A stretch of 64,000 nt of DNA from the human T2T-CHM13v2.0 reference genome, Homo sapiens. This document shows, piece by piece, positions 43,441-63,340 of this stretch. Below the pieces are notes generated by a model. It made no database searches. It was not told the DNA's origin and saw nothing but the letters and a program-made list of their open reading frames with translations. The DNA lies in assembly GCF_009914755.1 (NCBI RefSeq), contig NC_060927.1. The stretch is one strand, 5' to 3'. The position numbers and the translations under genes were made by a program. Each line of letters begins with the position of its first letter. Position 1 is the stretch's first letter.

Positions 43441-44834
43441 TTAACATTCTATTGCCTCCTTTCAGGCTAATCAGAATTGTGTTCTCACACTTGGAGTGGA
43501 AAGAGTACTGGATAACATGATGTTATCCTATTCTTTTTTTTAGCTCTCCTTACTGGCTTTCCTGGCACTTGTGTTACAAATTCTTCTAAAAGTTATGTAT
43601 ATGCTTTTTGTGTAAGGAAATGTAATTTGGATAGCTTTGTTAAAGTAAAAAACCCCTGTCCAACTTCAGTACAGGTATTGATTTTTAGAAATGGCGTTCC
43701 TATCTTTCTCTCTCAGAGTGAATCGAAATTTTAAAGAAATGTCTCAGAACCATAGCCATTTTCTTCAGAACACATTTCTCAGCATGTAATTGCACATTTG
43801 TTTGTTAGATTATTTGGAAATGTTTTACAATGATTTACTGAATGGGTGAGTGAATGAATGATTTTTTTAAGAACTGATGCTATTTTCGTATATCATTTAC
43901 CATTATAATTCATCCAAAGAGAGTAAAATGTTTGGGCCTTTTGGTATAAGGGTAAAATATGGCAGTTTTACTTTCAGCTACTCTTTCTCAATCACATTTT
44001 TAAAGTTGAGGTCACAATTTAAACCCTATGTACCAGAAGGATGATGTGTTAGTTGAAGAGAAAGTTGAATACTTCTTTTTAAAAAAGAAATTGAAGCAAT
44101 CTTTTTTTTATTAAGCAAAATAAAATATATCCTATAACAAATAGCATTTGAAAATAATATGGAGACTTTGCAGTACCTGAAGGGAAGATTGGTAAAATAA
44201 GGATATGTGGATTAGATTGAAAATAGCATTCAAATCTTCTTCCTGATTTCACAGACACTGTATTTTTAGTTAACAAGTTTTAATAAGGTTGGTTGCTTGT
44301 TATGCCATTTAAGTTTATATCTAGAATTACTCAAAGAGTATGGAATACACAAGACAGGTTTATATACCTTTAAAAACAGCAACATATTCTTGCTAAAATC
44401 ATAATGGTTCAATGAGGGAAAAGTGGTTTCAAACTATTGATTTTTAGACATAACTATCTCAATCATTTGGATTTCAGTTAAGTGTTAGGAAACATAATAG
44501 AAAAAAAGTGAAATAAGAGAGTAATTACTGAAGCAGAGCTGGTGCTGGTCGATTTTTTTTTTTTAAGTAGATGCATTGCAAACTGAAGCTGCAGTTGACA
44601 ATTTGATCTCCAGAGGAATAGATAGATACAGACGGCTTTATAAGGTCAATGCGGCAAGAAAGGTGTAAACCTGTAAAGGTTGGTACCATTAAAGCAAAAC
44701 CAAAAGTTGAGAAAGCACAAACTGAGATGAAAGTGAAAAAGAAGGAGCTCAAAAGTTAACAGTGTAAGAGCAAGGATTAAAGACAAGAAGAGAAAGAAAT
44801 CAGAAGATAATATTTTTAAAAACAATAAAACAAC

Positions 44835-45265
44835 TTTTTCTGATATGTGTGTAGTCACCCCTGCTGTCTTTTGACTTTCATTTGTATTGCAGGTCCTTTC
44901 CATTTCTTCACTTTCAATCTATGCATATTCTTACTAGTAAAGTGAGTCTTTGATAAGCAGTATATAGTAGGGTCTTTTTATTCAGCCACTGTATGTTTTT
45001 TTGATTGGATAATTTAATCAATTTTCATTCAAGGTAATTATGCTAGGTAAGCATTTTCTAGTGCCATTTTATAATTTGTTTTCTGATTGTTTTGCAGATG
45101 TTTTGCTTTTTTCTTCCTTTTTGCAGTTTTCCTTTGTGATGTGACATTCTTCTGTAGGAGTATGCTTTGAATCCTTTCTTTTTCATGGTTGTATAACTGT
45201 TACAGGTCTTTGCTTTGTCATTACCATCAGGCTTACATAAAACATAGTATACTTAATAACAGGTT
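44835..45265 (-). mobile_element. L1M inter-ORF and ORF2 N-terminal fragment
   Basis: ORF 44646-44903 begins with endonuclease-like NESQKTAGVTTHISEK. Confidence 0.75.
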
Positions 45266-45385
45266 ATGTTAATCAACTTGATTTAATAATTCCACATTGT
45301 ATACATGTAATGAATTATACTCCATAAATGTATACAATTATAATTTGTTAGTTACAAATATTAATTTCTAAATAGAAAATAAAGA
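45266..45385 (+). mobile_element. L1MA-like extreme 3' end
   Basis: cttgatttaataattccacattgtatacat...ccataaatgtatacaattataatttg plus an A-rich tail. Confidence 0.7.
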
Positions 45386-46649
45386 CTTGTAAGAATGTAC
45401 CAGTTAACCCTTTTACCTATAAGCGTATCATTTGCTAACAGCAGTTAACTTTTTATAAGTGCAAATGGCACACAGCACACTAGTTAACAACAACAAAAAA
45501 ATAGTATTTATTTTAATATAAAAGAGTCATTGTGGAGCATGTTTAAGTTGCCTGACCCAGAGAGGTAAACTTTTCACTTTCTAATGCCTAGTCCCTTTGT
45601 TTGCTAAGGGCAGATATTTTTGTTAACTGATCAGTTTAAAATTACCTGGATTAAGTTTAAAATTTATTCAAACCAACTAAGCTAACTCACTTGGAGGTAG
45701 AGAACAGGATAAGAACAAGAAATAGTTTTCTATAGTAGGTTTTTATCTGCAGACTTGTATGTTTCTTTAGATTAGAAGAATCATATTCTTCCTTATTTCC
45801 TACCCTAATTTCCTAGCCTCATAATTTGCCTCATTGTGGTGAAGGAAATTTAACAAATGTATTTTACATTCTTCAAATGTTATACACTTGATGACAGCTG
45901 CTAAGCTGTGTTCATTTTCTGAAAGTCCATCTGTCAACCTTAAGGGATCACTTGGTTTAACAAGTCAGAGAAGTAATATTTTCAAGAAAAAAGTTACTTT
46001 ATTGCTTATATTGAGTTTTCCATAAATTAGAATAAATACAGAAGTATATATTAAATAGTATACAGTTTTTAAAAATCAATTTCTATTATTCATTAATTCA
46101 CATCAAGGAACAGTAAAGTAAAAGGGAAAGATTTTGAGGCAATTGAATGTTTTTGCCAATTACTCTTTCCTGATCTAACCTGTAATACTGAATTAATTAT
46201 GTTTACTCATCCTTTCTTAAGGTTGAAAGAAAAATAATGATTTCTATCTAGATATGCATTCTTTTCCAGAAAATATTTACTAAGATATATTTGTTATAGG
46301 AGATAACATTATGTTATCTCCTAAGCAGATGTAGGAGCAATTTTACACTTCCATTCTTTGATATACAATCTGAATTTAAAACAAACAAACCAAACAAGCA
46401 AACAAACAAAAAAAATCTCCCCAGGTACATTAATAGAATATGTGTACTGTAATTTTTATTTTAGCTTTAGTAGGCAGTTTATACTCTAGGATCAGAATAA
46501 TTTTTTAATACCATTTCTTATATATTTCAAAGGAAATTGTACCCATATCATATGAATAACCCCTCAGCATGTAAATCAAATAGCTCTGTGTGTCATTGAA
46601 TCTCTTGATCTCTTTGTGGCATTTGTTATTTCCTACTCTCTTTTATTAC

Positions 46650-47000
46650 CTGGCGTAGAATTATTCAAAGTTATCTTTTCTTCATGACATCTGTAACCTG
46701 GCTCATTCTCTTTGACTTATGCACTTAATAGAGTTGTTTCTCAGATATCTGCCCTAAGACTTGACTCTTCAGCATCAAAACTCTCACCCATTGCAATCTC
46801 ATACAACTTACGATGTCGACGATACTTCTCTATCCATAGAAGTCCAAATATTACACCTCAACCATGGCCTCTCTCTCGAAGTTTCTAGCCAATACATAAA
46901 GGTCTTCACTGAAAATAACCATTTTGAACCTTACCAACAACTCAAATTAACACGTCTAGCACTGAATTAATCAGCTTTCTCCCAACCTTATTTTTGTCAA
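46650..47000 (+). mobile_element. L2 fragment
   Basis: gtccaaatattacacctcaacc...ctcaaattaacacgtctagcactgaatt. Confidence 0.55.
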
Positions 47001-47510
47001 TGTTCTGTACTTCTATTAGTATATTATTTTATGTTATTTTTCATATTGTGTTTTTAGTATTTTTACATGATATAATAAATATGTGTAAGTATATCTAGCT
47101 TAATCTCTAACCTCCAATTTAAAAAAATATCTCTTATCAGCTTAAATTGTAGCTCTATGTGGTACAGAACTGAGGTACTGGTGGAGAGAGAGAGAAATAG
47201 GAGGCACTGCCTTGATAGATTTAAATAGGCAACTACAGACCATCTCTATCAGAAAATCAACTAATAGATCTGAAGGTGAGATAAACTAGTAAAGGAAGAT
47301 TGGAAACAGTATGTGCTTGCTTCAGGGGAAGTTTTGGAGACTTTACAGAAAAGAAGAGATATTTGAACATTGGAAGAGAGATTGAATATTGGAACAAAGG
47401 AAAAAGAAACATTTGATATCTTTGCATTACCTATAATAAATTGCATACAGGATTTCACAATAAATTACTTATGCATTTTTAGAACAATAAATATAATGAA
47501 AATGCCTTTC

Positions 47511-53221
<5,711 letters not shown>

Positions 53222-53423
53222 AAAATGCCTTTCAAATGCATGCTGGATGTTTAACTGATTGGCATTCCTTTGAAACCTACATCAACTCAGACTAGGCTGC
53301 AGGTAGATGAATTTTAGCAGCATTTCATACACTTGGCTCATATTTCTGTAGTTTTTCTAGCAAAACTTTCTTAAGTCAGAATCTCAATATTTTTATTCTT
53401 CCCAGAGACTCTCATATTTAGTC

Positions 53424-53729
53424 TTTTTTTTTTTTTTTTTTTGTGACAGTCTTGCCCTGTCACCCCGGCTAGAGTTCAGTGGCACGATCTTGGCTCACTG
53501 CAAGCTCCGCCTCCCAGGTTCACGCCATTCTCCTGCCTCAGCCTCCTGAGTAGCTGGGACTACAGGCACCCGCCACCACACCTGGCTAATTTTTTTTTTT
53601 TTTGTATTTTTGACAGAGACAGGGTTTCACCGTGTTAGTCAGGATGGTCTTGATTTCCTGACCTCGTGATCCGCCCGTCTCAGCCTCCCAAAGTGCTGGG
53701 ATTACAGGTGTGAGCCACTGCGCCCAGCC
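53424..53729 (-). mobile_element. AluY
   Basis: gcaagctccgcctcccaggttcacgcc diagnostic, an expanded middle A tract, and TSD tagtcttt at 53419-53426 and 53730-53737. Confidence 0.96.
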
Positions 53730-55699
53730 TAGTCTTTAGTATTTATTGAGCAAAAAGTAAATGAATGATTGCAGACTCACTCATGTAATTATTATACGGT
53801 CCTCAAATCTTACCTTTACCATTTATTTCAAGATATATTTAAATTTCTGTATTTAATACTTTAAATTGTGAGTTTATCCAAATTTCTTAACTTGTATTCT
53901 CTTATAAACTCCTTTCCATTTATTGCATGTGCTATTTCTCATTAGTGACTTTGATTTGCCCATTTCTCATAGTCTAATTGCTGTTTTCAATTATGCAGAT
54001 CCTTTGCTCTTTAATTCTGTGGTTTTTGCAGTAACAGACACACTGAACCAGCTAAAGCATACTAGAACCCTTGACTAGGAGCTGCAATGACTTGCTTGCT
54101 TCTGCTTTCCTCTTGTGCTCTGGGAATTTTCCTAGTGGTTGACTTAAATCTTGATAGTGGTGAAAATATTTGAAGCATGATTACACTTCCAAGAGCTTTA
54201 TAACTAGTCTAAGGATTACTGAATTGAAGTTGTGACTCACTTAATTTCAAAGCAGCACAGCAAATAGTCTCTTTAGCTGAGGTACATAAATAGTATGGTT
54301 AGACTAAATCATGCTTAAGAATAAGTGGCAGGAGCTTTCCTTTCTAAGAACAAGAAATTTGAAAGGACATCAGTTCATTTCCTTTCAGCAAACTCTTGTT
54401 TTTGGCCCTGTAGTGTAATTGTAACTTTGGTTGAAGCATCCAATTCCACGTGTTATCACTCTTGATGCAATAGCTTTCACATTTTCTTGGCTGTTACTTG
54501 CACAAATAAATTCAAGTACACATGGGATGGACACACACACATTTGCACACAGACACACGTGAGGCAAAAGTGTCATAAAGCTATATTTATATACTTACAG
54601 TGCTTACAGTTACTATAATTCATTCTATTATTTATTCTATATGTAAAATATATTATTATTGGTCATAGAAGTAGCAGTTCCTGCTAAATTCACTTCACAT
54701 GACATAAAAGTGTTATGAACTACACTTTGAAAATCCCAGTCATGTGCAGATAACTTTGAATGAACTGGCTTTAGCAGGATATGGGATGGAGAACAGGCAC
54801 AAAATAAGACTAGAGTAGTTTTGAGCAGTATCGTTAGAATGCCTTCTCTTAAGATATTACATACCTATGTGAAAGCACTCTGTGCTTTCCAATTTTACAA
54901 AGAATTTTTAAAATAACAAAATTTTAAATGGAAAATGTTTTACTGGAGTAATCATCATCACCATTAGTGCATATATACATTTGGAAAATATTTGAAACCT
55001 TGCAGTGTTAAAGATTTGCAAACTATCTGGTTTTCAAATTTCCTAGTAGTATTTCAATTTTTGGAGTACTTTTATAGCTGTGAAAACAATAATATTTGAT
55101 GGAAAAAAAACTAGTTTTTAACTTTTTAAGGTCTTTAAAATGTTTTAAAAAAAATCCTAGGTCAAAATGAAAAATATGATGCCTGGTATTAAAACATCAG
55201 TTGTAGAATTCTAAGCATATATTAATAAAGATCAATATTTAGAAGAAAATAATAGATTTACTCAACCACTTAACGCCTTAAAATATTATAATTCATGATC
55301 TATTGTTAGATTCTATCTCCAACATCTGATTGAAAAAATGTACAGGGGATGTTAGATTCACAGTTTGATTGATAGCCTTAAGATGCATAAAGTGCATTAA
55401 AAATAAGGAATGTGGAAAGCGCAGGAAAGATCTAAGAGTCAGGGAAGTACCTACATTACCTGTAAAGAAAAACACTTCCATTGTGTTTTGTGTTAACATT
55501 CTAATGTGTCTAAATAGTCATGCCATCAAAACAGCCATGCCATAGTGGCTGTGCAAAGAAAACAAAACAACCTGGATGCTTATCCTATATCTGAGACAGC
55601 TGTTCAATGTGAAAAACTCATGTTGAGACTTGAAACAATTTAAAACAGATTCTTTATTTTATAAAATCTATTGGCCAGTAAAGTATGCTTTTTGAGCAT

Positions 55700-55810
55700 A
55701 ACATTTCATTCATTCATTTAATAAGTATCCATTGAATATTTTCTATGTGTCAGTGTATTAGATGCTAAGAATTTAATAATAGGCTATGTAGGGTCTCTGC
55801 CTTCTGGTTT
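55700..55810 (-). mobile_element. L2 3' end
   Basis: cattcattcatttaataagtatccattgaat...ctatgtgtcag...ggtctctgcctt. Confidence 0.6.
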
Positions 55811-56084
55811 TTTTTTCTATTTTTCTAATTTTTACTTTCTTTTCTAGTTTTTACTTCCTTTCCTATGAAAGGGTCACTTTCATGGACCTCATTCATTTTC
55901 TGTGGCAAGCAATTTTCTTTTCATCGATTTTCACTAATTGCTGACTCCTATATGCTTTTTGCTCAGCTGTTTCCTTTAATTTTAGTCAATGCCTAGAATG
56001 TGCTTAGAATTCTCCCAATGAGAATATCAACTCTCAATTCTGAGAAAGTTGGGACTTCCAGTCCAGTTGATCCCAAGGCACATA

Positions 56085-56580
56085 ACTGCGTATCTATTGC
56101 TGTGTTACAAACAATCCCAAAATTAATAGGTCATTTCAATAATATTAACTTATTTTTCTTTACAAGTCTGCAATTCTGACAAGGCACAATGGAGAAAGCT
56201 TATTTCTGTATGATGTAGCATAGAGTGACTCAAATAAACTCCCGTGGCTTGAGGATCTATTTCCAAGTATGTGTACTAATGTGACTGTCAAGTTGATGGT
56301 GGCTGTCAGTTTGGAGCTCAGCTGTGGCTATTAGTTGCAAGCTTTAGTTTCCCTCCATGTGAGACCCTCCATGGAGCTGCATGAATTTAGATTCCCAACA
56401 TTGCAGCTGGGTTCCAACAGTGAATGTGCTATGAAAACTAGGCAGAATGTGCAATGCTTTTTATGGCTGAATATTAGCAATCCCAGAGTATCACTTCTGC
56501 CAGATTCTATTGGTAAAGGAAGTCATAGACCTCAACTATTGATGGGAGAAAGTGAAAAATAATTTTTTTTCATCTTTAAC
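56085..56580 (-). mobile_element. MLT1H/I/J-like MaLR solo LTR
   Basis: tatctattgctgtgttacaaacaatcccaaaatt...ggagctcagctgtggct...atcacttctgccagattctattgg. Confidence 0.8.
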
Positions 56581-56979
56581 TTAACAACCTAACAAATAAA
56601 TATGTCTGATACCTCATTCCTAGCCTGGTCTTAGATATGGTTCTGAATCTACAGTTTGTCTTTCTCTTTTCTCTTTTACATACTCTTTTTTTCTCCTTCT
56701 CTTTCTACCTCTGCAGTATGTTAACACATCTTGGATTTATGGCTCCCCTATCCCTCTGTTTAGTTCTTCTCTACCTTGTACGTGTGTCATACAACGTAAA
56801 AAAAGGTATCCTGAGGGATGGATGAGGTTTCCACAATAGAGAGGGATTGACAGTGATACTTTCACCCTTTTGTTTGATTTGTGTTTCTGTGTATCGTGGT
56901 TTACCTGTTCCCAAGTCAGTGGTTCTTAAGTTTATGTTATCTAGTTTTAATGTAATTATCATCATAAAATATTGATGGT

Positions 56980-57262
56980 GGCCGGGCGCGGTGGCTCATG
57001 CCTGTAATCCCAGCACTTTGGGAGGCTGAGGCGGGTGGATCACCTGCGTTCAGGAGTTCAAGACCAGCCCGGCCAACATGGCGAAACCCCGTCTCTACTA
57101 AAAAATATAAAAATCAGCTGGGCGTGGTGGCACGTGCCTATAATCCTGGGTACTCCGGAGGCTGAGGCAGAAGAATCACTTGAACCTGGGAGGCAGAGGT
57201 TGCAGTGAGCCGGGATCATGCCATTGCACTACAGCCTGGGCGACAAGAGTGAAACTCCGTCT

Positions 57263-57294
<32 letters not shown>
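56980..57294 (+). mobile_element. AluSq-like with a 31-nt pure A tail
   Basis: Full dimer with the cgacaagagtgaaactcc diagnostic. Confidence 0.97.
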
Positions 57295-57297
<3 letters not shown>

Positions 57298-57796
57298 TTG
57301 CTGGCATTTAAAATAATCACTCTAGAGAAGAAGCAGGTTTAATCTCTGGAGCTGAACAAGAAATTAACAAAACTAATATTTTACCTAGCGCTGTCTATAA
57401 GCTCTGCCTATATTTTTTCAATATACATTCTAAAAAGACAATCACAAAAAATCAGCCAACAATTGCAATTATCAAGACCTATTTAATATAGTTTGCAATC
57501 ATAAAGATTGTTCTAAGTGTATTCCTTGTTTTGGGATTTTAGCTAATGATAACATCATGCATAGCTTCATATTTTACAATACTACCTAGCTTATCTATAT
57601 GTAATCCCTTTAAATTTTAAAATGTGTGTATATTTTATAACGCATATAATACAGTGGTTAATAAAAACGTACATTAATTAGCAAAATATTTTACATAAAT
57701 TAATAAATTTATACATAGTATGTATGTAAACATTTTCTACTGAGATAGTGGAAAGTTTAAATGTTTTCATAAGTGGCCTCTAATTCTTTGAAATAA

Positions 57797-58077
<281 letters not shown>

Positions 58078-58273
58078 TAATTTTTATGTCTTTAGCGACC
58101 TGGTTCTATTCTACCAATATAATCCTAGAGCCACTACTGCACAGGACTAACTGTTGGCTCTCGATAAACTGAATTTTTTTTCTTTATTTGTTGATATGCT
58201 TTCAGCTGTATTTGGAAATTTCCTACACATTTGTCTGCATCACAAAGCTTTAATAATTAGAAAATTCCACCTT

Positions 58274-59276
58274 TTTTAAAAATTTTACTTTAAGTTCCAG
58301 GATACAAGTGCAGAACGTGTAGGTTTGTTACACAGGTATATGTGTACTATGGTGGTTTGCTGCACCTATTGACCCATCATCTAGGTTTTAAGCCCTGCAT
58401 GCATTAGCTATTTGTCCTAATGGTCTCCCTCCCCTCACCCCCCACTTGCCGACTGGCCCCAGTGTGTGTAGTTCCCCTCTCTGTGTTCATGTGTTCTCAG
58501 TGTTAAACTTCTACTTATGAGTGAGAACATGTGGTGTTTAGTTTTATGTTCCTGTCTTAGTTTGCTGAGGATGATATCTTCCAGCTTCATTGATAGCCCT
58601 GCAAAGGACAGGAACTCATTCCTTTATATGTCCACATAGTATTCCATGGTGTAGATGTACCACCTTTTTTTTTTATCCAGCCTATCCTGATGGACATTTG
58701 GGTTGGTTCTGTGTCTTTGCTGTTGTGAATAGTGCTGCAATAAACATACATGTGCATGTGTCTATATAGTAGAATGATTTATATTCCTTTGGGTATACAC
58801 CCAATAATGAAATTGCTGGGTCAAATGATATTTCTGGTTCTAGATCCCTGAGGAATCACCACAGTGTCTTCCACAATGTTTGAACTGATATACATTCCCA
58901 CCAATTGTGTAACAGTGTTCCTATTTGACCACAGCCTCACCAACATCTATTGTTTTTTTGACTTTTTAATAATCACCATTCTGACTTGTGTGAGATGGTA
59001 TTTTATTGTGGTTTTGATTTGCAGTGATTTTGAGGTTTTTTCATATGTTTGTTGGCCACATAAATGTCTTCTTTTGAGAAGTGTCTGTTTATATCCTTTG
59101 CCCACTTTTTGATGGAGTTGTTTTTTTTCTTGTAAATTTGTTTAAGTTCCTTGTATATTCTGGATATTAGGCCTTTGTCAGATGGGTAGATTGTGAAATT
59201 TTTCTCCCCTTCTGTAAGCTGCCTGTTCACTCTTATGATAGTTTCTTTAGCTGCGCAGAAGCTCTTTAGTTTAATT
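58274..59276 (-). mobile_element. 5'-truncated L1PA (about PA8-10), 1.0 kb
   Basis: ORF 59003-59287 ([13 protein letters not shown]...[15 protein letters not shown]). Perfect TSD gaaaattccacctt at 58260-58273 and 59277-59290. Confidence 0.95.
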
Positions 59277-60124
59277 GAAAATTCCACCTTCTAGTTATCC
59301 TTAGTTACATTATTCCACTTTAATCTCTTCTTAATTTCTTAAGCACAAAGTATGTATTATAGAGCCATTTGTCTTATATTGTTGTTAATGTCGCTAATCT
59401 CTTCAGCTAGGTTGTAAACTCTCTGAAGTTAAAAAATATTTTTTAAACGTAACAACTGCTGAAAAAAAAGAACAGGGAAGAAGCTAACGAAAAGAAAACT
59501 TAAGGACGGATATAGAACTGTTCTTATAGTTTGATGATTCATTTCAAATTTAGGATACAAAAATGTGATTGGAAAATTAGCTTTTTTTTGGATGTTGCTT
59601 CAGAATCAATATAGGCAAACATTTGTCTTATTTAGATTACATGCTAAAAAACTATTTCTTATGCTTAGCTGTATTAAGATATTATGGGCAATTTATCCTG
59701 ACATTAGTTGTCCAAATCAATAGAGGAAAATCTCTCATAGTGTAATCTTTATTTCCTTCTCAAACAACTTCATTGGAAGTCGAGTTTACTATAACACAAT
59801 ATGATGAAAATAACTTTAGACTTTCAGACTTCTTGTAGTGTTTTGGCAATTATTGTTATCAGCATTCATGAGAACAGAAGTGAATTTCCTTGTGTATTAG
59901 AGTGCTTCACTTCTTTTATTCATTTTGCAGTCATGATCTCTTTGGTTCACAGCTTTCTTTCTTTGAGAAAATTCATGCTGGCAAATTGAAACTAAGATGC
60001 CTCCAAAAGTCCTAAAATTCCAAAGTATACAATAGTGGAATTATTTGATTATTATTGAGAATGTACTATAGATGACTTGACTAACTAAGCACTTTATGTG
60101 GACTATCTTCTTTATTCTTTACCT

Positions 60125-60575
60125 CCTTCATTCCTAAACCTGAAACAGTGCCTGAGACACAATCTTGTGTGCAAGTGGTTTATTTCAAAGGCTATAAATG
60201 GAATAAACGATAAGAGACAAGGGAAAGCACAATGGGGAAGAAAGGAAAGCCAATGGGGTAGATATTGACCTATTTACTATAGTGGAGAATTGATGTTCAA
60301 TTCCACTAGAAACGTTTTGAGGAACTCTGTAGAATGCGCCTCAGAACGGACTGCCCAAAAGGATAAGAAACTGAAGCAGGTTATTGGTTATGAGCTCCCT
60401 CAGCTTCCAAACTGCACTTCTGTGCTTATGCTAAGAGACTTCTTGCTTTGGAGACAGACTTGAGACTGGGAGGAAAAGATTCCTAACTTTGCCAAAGTGG
60501 GAGGGCAGTTCTGTGCAGGGAGCTGTCCATCAGTATTGTACTGAATTCAAGTTAGCCAAGAGGATGCTTTATAAC
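60125..60575 (-). mobile_element. ERVL solo LTR (LTR33/LTR41-like)
   Basis: cctgagacac...gtgcaagtggtttattt...ggaaagccaat...tgtagaatgcgcctcagaa. Confidence 0.65.
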
Positions 60576-60834
60576 CCATAATTTAGAGCTGACAAAACTC
60601 TCTTCTAGAGTTATAGAAGAGAAGTAAATTATGCAATGTGATACAGGTAGGATTTGGTAAATTTATTATTCAAAACAACTCCTTTGGGCTTCAAAACCAG
60701 AACTCTAGTAATATAGACTGAGATATAGAGGTACTAGTAGGGAAGGACATTAAACAAGTTACAGCAAATAACGGCTCTCTTAAGTGTTTTAAAGGTGCTT
60801 GTATAGTACAAAGCACTGTATATAGTATAATATA

Positions 60835-61115
60835 AAGGATTTTGTATAATATAATCATTAAGAGCACACACAGTGGTACGAGACTGGTGGCTTCAAATCC
60901 CATTTCATCTACTTCCTCGCTGGGTTTCCATGGGCAATTACTTGGCTGCACTTCCCTTCTTTTGATCTTGTTTTCTTTTTTACAGTTATTAAAAATAAGC
61001 TTTACAATAATTCCAAGCTCATAGGTATGTTGTGATAATTAAATGAGATTACACAGGTAAAAATACTTCACCCTAAACCTGGAGCATAGGAAGTTATAAA
61101 ATGCCAGTTATTTTT
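60835..61115 (+). mobile_element. MIR
   Basis: ttaagagcac...ttcaaatccc...tgggcaattactt...ttgtgataattaaatgagat...cctggagcatagg. Confidence 0.75.
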
Positions 61116-62452
61116 AATACTATTTTATTTGTTTTCCAAATTGTATCACCACTTTCAACTGAGAAAGCAGTAATGTAGAAACCTCATAGCTAGATTATGA
61201 GTTTCTCAGTGCAGGGGAATGTATCTTATTAATATTTTTTCTTAAGCAATTGGCTAGCAGACAGTTTATGTCATATGGTACAACATATACAGAAACCAAC
61301 ACACAAACTAACAGACTTTATATGTTTCCTAAGATGGGCTGTTAATAATTGTTGTCAGATAGAGTTAAACTGGTATAGATACCTACACTTTAACTGAAGA
61401 CTTTAAGTGACTTGAAATTTATGAAAACAATACAAGTTATGAAAAGCAATAAAACAATCATGCTATGCTCTGAAATCAGTCTTATGTGATATATAATATA
61501 ATATAGCTACCCTGTTAATTTAAGCATAACTACAACAGATTACAGATGCAGTGCAGTGGGATACTATTACAACTTTGCCCTACTCTATTCAATAGTGTTG
61601 TTTTCCAATATGTTCTTTGGAATTCCTTAAGTTAGTATGGCTGGAACAGTAATATTCTCATACAATACATAATGTCTGTATCTGGAAGTCTACAAGTTTT
61701 TTCAAACTGTTTTTATGTGTTTTGCAGTAGAGTCACATTTTTCTATCTCAGGATCCTTGATTTACTATATCAGAGAACATTTTTAGTCTTTTCAAATATA
61801 CTTACTTCAGGTTTAAGTATTGAGTGTTCATAATCACCATTGTTAAAGACAATTCTCTTCCTTACATTGTATCCTTTAAATTGCTAATTTCTTGCTTTGT
61901 TTTATGTCCTAGAAAGAGTCATTGAAGCTTCAGCAGTGTTCAGGTTTTTTGATCTGTGGATCATATTCTGTAATAGGGTGCCTTGTTATATACTGGTGTG
62001 TAATTCCACAGGATAGCGTGGAATAGAGGAACATTGTTAGTCTTTTTTTTGGTAGGAAATGTAACTTTCTGATTGGAATCTGAAAACAAAATAAAACCAC
62101 AAATGATTGTTTTTATTTGCCAAAACTGTGAACAGTATAAACTTCCTGGGTGTCTTGACTAAATAGCTTCATTGGTAGACTATCTTAAGACAGTTATTAT
62201 TTAATCCCTCCAATCTTCATATAGAGTGGGCTGCACTTGCCCTGAGAAACTACTTAATACATACCTTTTGAATAAATTACTATTAATGTGAGGACATTTT
62301 CATGTGCAGTGTGACCTTACTGCTGAAGGAGTATAACATATAATGAAGCACAGTAGAATAAAGAATAAATTATTAAAAATATGCCAAATATACATAGAAC
62401 TAAGACATTTATGTAAGAAAATATATATTTAAATTAATTTTCACACTTTTTT

Positions 62453-62746
62453 TTCCTTTTTTGAGACAGTGTCACACTCTGTCTCCCAGGCTGGAGTGTA
62501 GTGGTGAGATCTCAGCTCACTGTAACTTCTGCCTCCTGGGCTCAAGCAAACCCCCCCACCTCAGCCTCCCAAGTAGCTGAGACTACAGGTGCTCACCACT
62601 ATGCCTGGCTAATTTTTGTATTTTTTTTAGAGATGGGGTTTCTCCAGGTTGGCCAGGGTGGTCTCAAACGCCTGGGCTCAAGCAATTCACCTACCTCGGC
62701 CTCCCAAAGTGCTGAGTTCACAGGCATGAGCCACCACACACAAGTG
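62453..62746 (-). mobile_element. AluJ
   Basis: ctgggctcaagc in both arms. cacactttttt is repeated at 62442 and 62747. Confidence 0.95.
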
Positions 62747-62899
62747 CACACTTTTTTCCTAATACAGTATTTTGAATATTGGAGAATTTATTATCTAGCT
62801 TAATAATATTAATGCAATAAATATAGAGCTTAATAGTTGCCAACCAAAAATGCAACAGCATGAAAATATTTATTTATTAATGCTCATGAGTCTCTCTGT

Positions 62900-63340
62900 T
62901 ACCTGTTTTGCTCTTCCTGTCTTGACTGAACTCATTTGTGAGTTTGTAGATGACATTGTATTGGTTAAGCAGTTCTGCTAATTTTGGAAGTGCTCTATCA
63001 TGTGTTTGATGGCCTTTAGGTCAGTCTATGATTCCCTTATTTGTGACAATTAGACTTTTCTCCATATCATCTCCCATCCTCCAACAGGCTCTCTTGGACT
63101 TGTGCATTTGGCAGTTGCTGGATTCCCACTGAAAGTATTCAAGACCTTTGAAGTTTATGCTTGGAATTCCACAAGAAAATATTCTATTGGCCAAAACAAG
63201 TCACACGTTAGCCCATATTCAAGAAGGGAAATATACTCTGTCTATTGATGAAGGGGTTTGAAAGTTAGATTGGAAATGGCTTGGAGATAAAAAGAGAATA
63301 AAGTATTAGGGTGGTTTTTATAATCACTCTATTACTATAG
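62900..63340 (-). mobile_element. MLT1G/H-like MaLR solo LTR
   Basis: catcctccaacaggct...attctattggccaaaacaagtcac...cccatattcaag...ttgatgaagggg. Confidence 0.7.

Noticed and set aside
44835-45385. Second twin-priming L1 inversion
   Set aside because: The two opposite pieces come from the ORF2 start and the extreme 3' end, several kb apart in L1, and there is no convincing TSD. Two separate relics are more likely.
56670-56811. Strong polypyrimidine tract plus CAG as a splice acceptor (a similar one is near 7720-7742)
   Set aside because: Only weak donors follow and there is no coding signal. Such sites are common by chance in AT-rich DNA.
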